A stretch of DNA of 64,000 nucleotides from positions 491,805 through 555,804 of the forward strand of contig CAXXNI010000004.1 in assembly GCA_963663285.2 (NCBI GenBank), read 5' to 3'. The position numbers were made by a program, and so were the translations under genes. Below are positions 1 through 7,600 of this stretch, one piece after another. The notes under the pieces were generated by a model. That model worked only from the letters and a program-made list of their open reading frames with translations. It had not been told where the DNA came from and did not search any database. How positions within the stretch are numbered: the first letter of the stretch is position 1; each line of letters begins with the position of its first letter. The DNA comes from Candidatus Limiplasma sp. (GTDB taxonomy: Bacteria > Bacillota > Clostridia > Christensenellales > Aristaeellaceae).

Positions 1-207
1 AACCTTGCCTGTAACGGCGTGGGGTGCGCCTTTATCAGCGATACGCTGGTCAAGCACATGCCCGCCACGCGGGATGTGGTGTTTTGTAAGCTCGATCACG
101 ACCTTGCCACGCGGTACATCTACCTGTACAGCAAGCAAAGCAATTACCAAACGCACGCAGTGAAGGCCTTTACCCAAATGGCTGCCGGCGGGCAGTTCTC
201 ATTTTAA
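1..207 (+). CDS. LysR-family transcriptional regulator, C-terminal fragment (5' end outside window)
   Basis: Frame 1 is open from base 1 to TAA at 205-207. The translation ...GVGCAFISDTLVKH...RYIYLYSKQSNYQTHAVKAFTQM resembles the C-terminal effector-binding lobe of LysR-type regulators. The fragment is short and the family call is weak. Confidence 0.4.
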   Translation, partial: NLACNGVGCAFISDTLVKHMPATRDVVFCKLDHDLATRYIYLYSKQSNYQTHAVKAFTQMAAGGQFSF

Positions 208-1530
208 GAACAGCTCGATGACGGGCACAACCACATCCGGTTTTACGGGGGGAAGCTCGATCACCAGCAAATCCTCGGCTACGGACGCGCCAAAGCTGAA
301 ATGCTCTACCTTGCCTTCGGTATACTTCAGCTCGCTGCCATCGTGCAGGAATTGGGCGTATTCCACTTTGCCCGCCATGCCGCTGAGCTGCAAATGCGCG
401 TAGGGGTAGGCGTACAAGTGGATGTACAGCCGTTTGCCGTCTGTGGACTGGGTCATGCGGCAATCCTGCGACAGCACCGCCAGATATTCCGGCTCCGCCA
501 TGGTGCAGCCGTAGATAGAGCGGCTGTTGTAGTGCATCCAGTCCTCATATACTTTCAAAGCGCTGTTCGCCCGGCTGTCGAAGTACCCGCGGGAGGTGGG
601 GCCGACGTTCATCAGCAAATTTCCGCCCAGCGCAACGGTATTTACCAGCATACGAATCAGCATTTCCGGCGATTTCCAAGAGGTTTCATCGCGGTAATAG
701 CCCCACGAGCCGGAGAAAGTTTGGCAGGCTTCCCAGGTGACCAGCTCGTTTGTTTCGGGGTGGCGCACCCAGGTAAGCGCCTGGTACTGCTCAGGTGTCC
801 AGATGTCCTGATCGATCTCCGTACGGTTATCGATAATAATATGCGGCTGCAGCTTGCGTGCGAGTGCAAGCAGTTTTTCCGCCTCCCAATCGTCCTTGCC
901 CTTGCCGTGCATCCAGGGCTTGTCTTTGGGAATGGGGTGCTCGGCGGGATTGCTGTAGGAAAAATCGAACCAGAGAACATCGATTTTGCCGTAGTTGGTT
1001 AAAAGCTCGGTCACCTGATTGCGCATATATTCCGCGTACTTGGTCATATCCCGTTTTGCGCTAACTTCCTTCGCGTCCGGGTCGTCACGGCGGGGATGCA
1101 GCATATCGATGGGAAAATCCGGGTGGTGCCAGTCGATCAGCGAATAGTAAAAACCGATATGGATGCCCTCGGCGCGGAACGCATCCACAAATTCACGCAG
1201 CAAATCGCGGTTTGCGGGCGTGTTGGTGGCTTTGTAATCGGTATAGGCGCTGTCCCAAAGGCAGAAGCCTTCGTGGTGCTTGGTGGTCAGTACAACGTAC
1301 TTCATGCCCGTCGCTTTTGCGCGGCGCGCCCATTCTTTGGGGTCGAACAAATCCGGATTGAAATGTTTAAAATACAAATCGTAATGATCTTCCGGTATTT
1401 TTTCCTGTGTTTTCACCCATTCGTGGCGGGCAGGCATGCTGTACAGCCCCCAATGGATGAACATGCCCAGACGGTCGTGTGTAAACCAGACCGTATCGCC
1501 GGGGGTCTTTTTAGTCGTGTATGAGGACAT
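199..1530 (-). CDS. alpha-L-fucosidase, glycoside hydrolase family 29, no signal peptide
   Basis: Motifs FIHWGLYS and HHEGFCLWDS are typical of GH29. GGAGG lies 8 nt upstream of the ATG at 1530, so the ORF-track TTG at 1545 is probably not the start. The N-terminus MSSYTTKK has no hydrophobic leader. Confidence 0.9.
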   Translation of the reverse strand: MSSYTTKKTPGDTVWFTHDRLGMFIHWGLYSMPARHEWVKTQEKIPEDHYDLYFKHFNPDLFDPKEWARRAKATGMKYVVLTTKHHEGFCLWDSAYTDYKATNTPANRDLLREFVDAFRAEGIHIGFYYSLIDWHHPDFPIDMLHPRRDDPDAKEVSAKRDMTKYAEYMRNQVTELLTNYGKIDVLWFDFSYSNPAEHPIPKDKPWMHGKGKDDWEAEKLLALARKLQPHIIIDNRTEIDQDIWTPEQYQALTWVRHPETNELVTWEACQTFSGSWGYYRDETSWKSPEMLIRMLVNTVALGGNLLMNVGPTSRGYFDSRANSALKVYEDWMHYNSRSIYGCTMAEPEYLAVLSQDCRMTQSTDGKRLYIHLYAYPYAHLQLSGMAGKVEYAQFLHDGSELKYTEGKVEHFSFGASVAEDLLVIELPPVKPDVVVPVIELFLK

Positions 1531-1546
1531 GGGTTTCGCCTCCAAC

Positions 1547-2290
1547 TTAAAAATTTCTCATTTGCTGTATATACGCCGCGTCCGCTACGGAATAGCGGTT
1601 TTCCTCCGGCGAAAGCGACTTGCCAAACTGGATGGACGGGTTATGCTCCGTGGAATGATCGAAGCGGTCCACAAAATGCCCGAAATGGACCTGTGCCGTG
1701 CCGGTTTCCGCCAGCAGCCGTTTCAGCGTCCACTGGTTTACGCCGCCGCCGGGCAGGATTTCGATGGCGCCGCCGGCAAACTCCATCATGGCGCGCAGCG
1801 TTTCAATACCGTAGAGCACGTTGGGGGCTTGCCCGCTGGTAAGCACCCGCTTAAAGCCCAGCTCGATCAGGCTTTCGAGCGTACGTTTCCAGTCCGGTAC
1901 AACGTCGATCGCGCGGTGAAACACCGCCGGTTTCCCTTTGCACAGCGCCAATACCGCTTTGCAGCGTTCTTGATCCAGCGTGCCGTCTTCTTGCAAAAAA
2001 CCGAACACAAGGCCGTCCGCGCCGTTTTCCAAAAGCAGGGCGGCGTCTGTTAAGACGGTTTCAAATTCAATATCCGTATAGCAAAAACCGCCCTGCCGCG
2101 GGCGCACCATAGCCACGACCGGGATGTGCGTATGCCGCTTTACGGCCTGCAGCGTTCCCAGCGTCGGGGTAAGCCCGCCGTGGAAAAGACAGCTGTTCAG
2201 CTCCACGCGGTCCGCACCGCCTTTTTCGGCTTCGATGGCGTCTTCCGCGGAGCCGCAGCAGATTTCAATGGTCAATTTTTTTTCGCTCAT
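1547..2290 (-). CDS. cutC: CutC-family TIM-barrel protein (copper homeostasis protein CutC homolog)
   Basis: The 247-aa product aligns by eye along its length with E. coli CutC (IEICC..., GADRVEL, GGLTPS/T, FHRAID, RVLTSGQ). It lies 11 nt after the ROK gene and 16 nt before the GH29 start. Confidence 0.85.
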   Translation of the reverse strand: MSEKKLTIEICCGSAEDAIEAEKGGADRVELNSCLFHGGLTPTLGTLQAVKRHTHIPVVAMVRPRQGGFCYTDIEFETVLTDAALLLENGADGLVFGFLQEDGTLDQERCKAVLALCKGKPAVFHRAIDVVPDWKRTLESLIELGFKRVLTSGQAPNVLYGIETLRAMMEFAGGAIEILPGGGVNQWTLKRLLAETGTAQVHFGHFVDRFDHSTEHNPSIQFGKSLSPEENRYSVADAAYIQQMRNF

Positions 2291-2301
2291 ACAATATTCC
2301 T

Positions 2302-3414
2302 TTACAGTTCGTTTTCAAACAATGCCTGCAGCGAATGCTTCTGCGCGCAGATCGCCGCGCCGTAGGCGGCGTTCTTGCGAAAATCACTGGAGATAATGGC
2401 GTTGGAAGGCATATCCGGCAGGAGCATTTCCTCAAAGCTCTCGATCACGGAACCGCCGAGGATGAGCGCGTAGGGCGCGCACAGCCCCTGAATCATCCCC
2501 AGTACGGTACGCAAATGGGAGCGAAGCCCGTCGATGAGCCAAACGGCCCAATACAGCTGCATGGCATAAGCCTCCTTGAGGTCTGTCAGCGAGGCGATGT
2601 TGATATCCACTTTTTTCGCGCGGGCAATGAGATACTTTTCCAATAAATGATCCTGCAGCGCCGTATTGGCCTCCACCGGAATCCGGTCCAGCTCGCCGGC
2701 GCCGTTATCCTGTCCGCGAACCAGCTGTCCGTTTGCGCACATGGCCATGCCAAGGCCCTTATCCACCATCAGGTATACCACATCCTGGTTATCATCAAGC
2801 CCGCGCTTTACGCGCTCGCCCATTAAGCAGGCGTTTACGTCGTTTTCGATACAGACTTCGCAGCCAAGCATCTCGGAGATCGGTTTGGCAACCTGCACAT
2901 CCGCCCAGCCCAGCCCGTCGCTGCGGTGCACGATGCCGTCCTTGTGGCTTACGATGCCCGGAATACCGATGCCCACGCCGCGCAGTTTTTCCTTAGGCAC
3001 CTGCTTTTGGCGCAGCAGCTCGTGGGTGAGCGCCATAATGGTGTAGGTAAGATCCTTCAGGGAATAACCCGGCTTGATTTCTCTTTCCAATTCGGCCAGC
3101 GCCGTTTCCGTGCCGTCGATCAGGCAGGCGTATACGGACGAGCGCGCGCAATACACGCCTACGAGATAGGCGCCGTTTTTGCTGATGTTCAATCCAACCG
3201 CTTTGCGCCCCCGGCCGATGGAGGCGGTGGTTACGCTTTCTTCCACCAGCCCTTTTTCGATCAGGCTGGCGACGACGCGCGTTACGCTTGCGGGGCTCAT
3301 ATCCGTCATTTGGGCGATGGACGTTCTGGATATGGGTTGATTGGATTGGATCAATTCATATACATAACGCTTGTTGTAGGTACGGATATGCTCGAGTGTG
3401 TTGATTGGCTGCAT
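2302..3414 (-). CDS. ROK-family transcriptional regulator (NagC/XylR-like)
   Basis: An N-terminal winged HTH (SRTSIAQMTDMSPASVTRVVASLIEKGLVEE) is followed by a ROK sugar-kinase-like fold (GIGIPGIV, glycine-rich segments). Length is 370 aa. Confidence 0.85.
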   Translation of the reverse strand: MQPINTLEHIRTYNKRYVYELIQSNQPISRTSIAQMTDMSPASVTRVVASLIEKGLVEESVTTASIGRGRKAVGLNISKNGAYLVGVYCARSSVYACLIDGTETALAELEREIKPGYSLKDLTYTIMALTHELLRQKQVPKEKLRGVGIGIPGIVSHKDGIVHRSDGLGWADVQVAKPISEMLGCEVCIENDVNACLMGERVKRGLDDNQDVVYLMVDKGLGMAMCANGQLVRGQDNGAGELDRIPVEANTALQDHLLEKYLIARAKKVDINIASLTDLKEAYAMQLYWAVWLIDGLRSHLRTVLGMIQGLCAPYALILGGSVIESFEEMLLPDMPSNAIISSDFRKNAAYGAAICAQKHSLQALFENEL

Positions 3415-3645
3415 AGTACCTCCCCATTCATGGCGGGCCAGGAATTGTTTTGTGTTTCAAAGTCCTGTTTGTCGCTTTCTGCTAAATTCTATCATACAGG
3501 AAAATAAGTTGCAAGATATATTTGCATATAAGAAAATAAATAATGAAAGCAGGCATAAACCAGAACAATATGGCGATTATTTGACCGGAAATAAAATGAA
3601 TTTAGAAGAAGAAAAAATAAATTTGAAGGAAATTTGCAAAATCTA

Positions 3646-3674
3646 TTGTAAATGGCATGGATTCATTGTATTAT
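3646..3674 (+). promoter_or_regulatory. candidate sigma-A promoter for the ABC importer operon
   Basis: TTGTAA (3646-3651), a 17-nt spacer and TATTAT (3669-3674), in the AT-rich divergent intergenic region about 35 nt upstream of the permease start. Confidence 0.4.
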
Positions 3675-3709
3675 AATTTCAGATATGAAATTAATGAACG
3701 GAGGGCTGT

Positions 3710-4663
3710 GTGATGATATTGATCAAGCAAAATACACAAGCCGATCAATCCATTCGGACAGCTAATTTCAGGAAGCGAATTAAAAAAAGCCTGCCGTACT
3801 ATGCACTGATTGCGCTTCCCCTTATTTTTCTGCTGATTTTTAAGTATTACCCTATGCTGGGCGCGCAAATTGCCTTTAAGGATTACAAGGTTCGTCTGGG
3901 CATTTGGGGCAGCCCGTGGGTCGGCTGGGAAAACTTCGCAACGTTCTTTCAATCCCCCTCGTCGGTTACGATCATTAAAAACACTTTCGTATTAAGCCTG
4001 TATTATTTGATCGCCAGTTTCCCTATCCCGATTTTGATGGCTATTTTTTTAAACGAATGCCGCAGCACGGGATTTAAAAAATTTACGCAGATGGTCACCT
4101 ATATGCCGTACTTCATTTCCACAGTGGTACTGGTATCGATGATTTTGCAGTTCACGGATGTATCTTCCGGCATCGTGAACCAACTGATTCAATCGCTGGG
4201 CGGCGACAGTGTCAACTTTATGGGGAAGGCGGATTATTTCCGTTCCATCTATGTCTGGACGGGGATATGGCAGAGTACGGGGTATTCCTCCATTATTTAT
4301 CTGGCTGCGCTGACCGGCGTACCGCTGGAACTGTACGAGGCGGCGCGGGTGGACGGCGCCAGCAAATTTAAAAGAATCCTGCATATCGATATTCCGCATA
4401 TCGCGCCGACGATCATTACACTGTTCATTCTTAATACCGGCTCTATTTTATCCATCGGGTTTGAAAAAATCTACTTGATGCAAAACTCCATCAATACTCC
4501 GGTATCCGAGGTGATCTCGACCTACGTATATAAGGTCGGTTTGATTAACGCGAACTTCAGCTTTTCCACCGCCGTGGGCTTGTTCAACTCGGTAGTCAAC
4601 CTTGTGCTGCTATTGCTTGTCAATTCCCTTTCCAAGAAGATCAGCGACGTACAAGTAATATAG
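3710..4663 (+). CDS. ABC transporter permease, LplB/YtcP-like (oligosaccharide type)
   Basis: A 317-aa polytopic membrane protein with the EAA-type loop (YEAARVDGASKFKRILHIDIP). GGAGGG sits upstream. The start may be the ATG at 3713. Confidence 0.9.
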   Translation: MMILIKQNTQADQSIRTANFRKRIKKSLPYYALIALPLIFLLIFKYYPMLGAQIAFKDYKVRLGIWGSPWVGWENFATFFQSPSSVTIIKNTFVLSLYYLIASFPIPILMAIFLNECRSTGFKKFTQMVTYMPYFISTVVLVSMILQFTDVSSGIVNQLIQSLGGDSVNFMGKADYFRSIYVWTGIWQSTGYSSIIYLAALTGVPLELYEAARVDGASKFKRILHIDIPHIAPTIITLFILNTGSILSIGFEKIYLMQNSINTPVSEVISTYVYKVGLINANFSFSTAVGLFNSVVNLVLLLLVNSLSKKISDVQVI

Positions 4664-4675
4664 AAAGAAGGTTGA

Positions 4676-5596
4676 ATGAGTATGATTTTGTCACGTGTAA
4701 ATAATAAAAACCGGATCAGGCAACGCTGGGACGATAATCTGTTCGACGTTGTTTCCACCCTCTTTCTGATACTCTCCGTGCTGGTGGTGGCGTATCCGCT
4801 GCTTTATGTGGTCAGCGCCTCCTTCTCTTCCACAAACGCGGTTATGTCCGGAAAGGTTTGGCTGTTTCCGGTAGAGCCGACGCTGATCGCCTATCAGGCT
4901 GTATTTACCTATCAGTCGATCATGACCGGTTATGTAAACTCCGCCATTTATACGGTCTGCGGTACGGGCATCAACCTGTTTCTTACGGTGCTGTGCGCAT
5001 TTTGCCTTTCCAGCAAGGATTTTTACGGCCGCAAGGTGGTTTCCATCATGGTAATCTTCACCATGTTGTTCAACGCCGGGCTGATTCCAAATTACCTGCT
5101 CATTAAAAACCTCGGCTGGCTCAATACCATCTGGGCGCTGATTGTGCCCAACGCCATGAACGCCTGGTATGTCATTTTGATGCGGTCGTACTTTTCCAGC
5201 TCGATCTCGCGGGAACTGTTTGAAGCCAGCGCGCTGGACGGCTGCTCGGTTTACCGGCAGCTGTGGTCGATCGTGCTTCCGCTTTCCGGGCCCATCATCG
5301 CCGTGATTTCCCTGTACTGTGCCGTCGGCATTTGGAACAGCTACTTTGATGCTTTCATCTACATTTCCAAAAAGGAACTGTTCCCCCTGCAAGTGGTTTT
5401 GCGCAATATCCTGATTCTCAATCAAGTGGATATGACGACCGTGGCCGACCTTCGGGATATGGCGTCCCGGCAGGGCATGAGCAACTTGCTGAAATATGCG
5501 GTCATCGTCGTCTCCAGCGTGCCGCTGCTGCTTTTGTACCCGTTTGTGCAGAAGTACTTTGTAAAAGGCATTATGATCGGCGCCGTAAAAGGCTGA
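4676..5596 (+). CDS. carbohydrate ABC transporter permease, LplC-like
   Basis: A 306-aa membrane protein with the EAA loop (FEASALDGCSVYRQLWSIVLP) and the C-terminal motif YFVKGIMIGAVKG, which it shares with the paralog at 25121-26023. Confidence 0.9.
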   Translation: MSMILSRVNNKNRIRQRWDDNLFDVVSTLFLILSVLVVAYPLLYVVSASFSSTNAVMSGKVWLFPVEPTLIAYQAVFTYQSIMTGYVNSAIYTVCGTGINLFLTVLCAFCLSSKDFYGRKVVSIMVIFTMLFNAGLIPNYLLIKNLGWLNTIWALIVPNAMNAWYVILMRSYFSSSISRELFEASALDGCSVYRQLWSIVLPLSGPIIAVISLYCAVGIWNSYFDAFIYISKKELFPLQVVLRNILILNQVDMTTVADLRDMASRQGMSNLLKYAVIVVSSVPLLLLYPFVQKYFVKGIMIGAVKG

Positions 5597-5659
5597 TTTG
5601 CTGATGTTTTACACAATCGTGTAAAAATAAATCAAAAATCGATTGGGGAGGGTAAAAAA

Positions 5660-7345
5660 ATGGGTAAAAAAATGATGAGAACGCTTCTGGCAATGGTTTT
5701 AACCATCTCTCTGGCGATCGGCTGCATTGGCAGCGCTTCCGCCTGGGAACCGCAATGGGAACACGACGAGGATCTTTCCGCTTACAAATTATGCGATAAC
5801 TTTGGCGACATTAAACTGCGCTTTGCCGTCACCAGCGTACCCGCAATTATCGATTGGGAAACCAACGAGTATGTAAAATGGATTGAAGACGTCACTAACG
5901 TCGATCTTTCCTTTGAACTGATTCCGTATGACGGCCGTGCGGAAAAGCTGGGTCTGCTGCTGGCTTCCGGCGACTATCCCGATGTGTTCCTCTCCGTTGG
6001 CATGACCAACCAGATGATCAGCCGCTACGGCGTGGACGAGCAGATGTTCCTGCCGCTGAATGATCTGATTGACCAGTACGGCACGTTCACCAAGCAGATT
6101 TTCGCGCAGTATCCCGGCTCCGAAAATGTGATTACCCAGTTGGACGGCAATATTTACTCTCTGCCCGTTGTTAACGAATGCTATCACGCCACCGTGCCCA
6201 CCAAGTTCTGGATGAACCAGACGTGGCTGGATAACCTTGGCCTTGCGCAGCCTACGACGCTGGATGAACTGTACAACGTGCTGGTTGCCTTCCGCGATCA
6301 GGATGCGAATGGAAACGGCGACCCCAGCGATGAAATCCCGCTGGCGGGCGACTATTTCGATGGCTGGTACACCAACCCCGAGCGCTTTATTATGAACGCG
6401 TTCACCTACTACAACCTGGATCTGGATAAAAACGACACGTCCACCTACGAAGCCTTCGGCCTGTATATGGACGGCGACACCGTAACGACTCCATTTGCGC
6501 AGCCCGCCTTTAAAGAGGGCGTAGCGTACATGGCGAAACTGGCGAAGGAAGGCCTGATCTACGAAGGTTCCTTTACGCAGGATCTGGCGGGGCTAACGCA
6601 GCTGGCTGAATCCGGCCGTCTGGGCGCTGCCAATGGCGGTTACATCCTCTTTGCCAACCTGGGCGGCGATATTTACAAGCAGTATCGCGCCGTAATGCCG
6701 GTAACAGGCCCCGAGGGTTACCAGGGCATTATCTCCTTCCCGTACGATTCCGTATCCGGCAACATGTTCACCATTTCCGCAGACTGCCAGAACCCCGAAG
6801 CTGCGTTTAAGATCGGCGATATGCTGTATTCTTATGCCGCCAGCATGCGCGGTTACTACGGCGTATACGGCGATGCCTGGACCGATGCGGATGCCGACGC
6901 GGTGGGCATCAACGGCGAACCCGCCCTGTACAAACTGCTCAAGCCCTGGCAGGAAACCGAACCCCAGAACGATTGTGTCTTGCAGATGACGACCTCCAAG
7001 CGCGATTCCACCTTCCGCCTTGGCGAGCCTTCCGATCCTGCGGTCGATCTGTACAGCGCCGCCGGTTTGGAAACCCTGCTGTATCAGGTAACCAAGGATT
7101 ACAAGCCCTACGCGGACGACAGCAAAGCACTGCCCACCATCAAGTTTACGGAAGATGAAAACGCCGAGCTTTCCGTGCTGATGGCGGACCTGTCCACGGC
7201 CATTAAAGAAGGCATGCTGGGCTTCTTCACCGGTTCCAAGGACGTGGATACCGAGTTTGACGCGTGGCTGCAGGATCTGGATGCCAAAGGCTTAAGCCGC
7301 CTGACGGAAATCTACCAGACCGAGTATAACGCACAGTTTAAATAA
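5660..7345 (+). CDS. extracellular solute-binding lipoprotein, large LplA-type (family 1 SBP)
   Basis: Signal peptide with lipobox LAIGC. Length 561 aa. It sits directly after the two permeases. Confidence 0.85.
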   Translation: MGKKMMRTLLAMVLTISLAIGCIGSASAWEPQWEHDEDLSAYKLCDNFGDIKLRFAVTSVPAIIDWETNEYVKWIEDVTNVDLSFELIPYDGRAEKLGLLLASGDYPDVFLSVGMTNQMISRYGVDEQMFLPLNDLIDQYGTFTKQIFAQYPGSENVITQLDGNIYSLPVVNECYHATVPTKFWMNQTWLDNLGLAQPTTLDELYNVLVAFRDQDANGNGDPSDEIPLAGDYFDGWYTNPERFIMNAFTYYNLDLDKNDTSTYEAFGLYMDGDTVTTPFAQPAFKEGVAYMAKLAKEGLIYEGSFTQDLAGLTQLAESGRLGAANGGYILFANLGGDIYKQYRAVMPVTGPEGYQGIISFPYDSVSGNMFTISADCQNPEAAFKIGDMLYSYAASMRGYYGVYGDAWTDADADAVGINGEPALYKLLKPWQETEPQNDCVLQMTTSKRDSTFRLGEPSDPAVDLYSAAGLETLLYQVTKDYKPYADDSKALPTIKFTEDENAELSVLMADLSTAIKEGMLGFFTGSKDVDTEFDAWLQDLDAKGLSRLTEIYQTEYNAQFK

Positions 7346-7378
7346 ACAATAACCAAATATACCCGGTAACGGGGCAAG

Positions 7379-7420
7379 CCGCCGCTTCGGCGTGTGAACA
7401 GCCGCTGAAGCGGCGGTTTG
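7379..7420 (+). terminator. hairpin after the SBP gene (weak intrinsic terminator or attenuator)
   Basis: CCGCCGCTTC (7379-7388) pairs with GAAGCGGCGG (7407-7416) and is followed by TTTG. The T tract is short. Confidence 0.45.
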
Positions 7421-7600
7421 CTTCCTCAGTACCGATCCCCCTGTTTATGTGCGCTGCTTTTACGTTTGCCGCGCTCTGCAAACAGGAATCATCAAGGAAA
7501 CGGCGGTATGCTTATCTCAGCGGCAATGCGGCATGTAGATTGAACTGGCTCCGGCGTTTCCTCCCTGCGTATTTTGTAATAACAGAGTGGATGTGTAACA

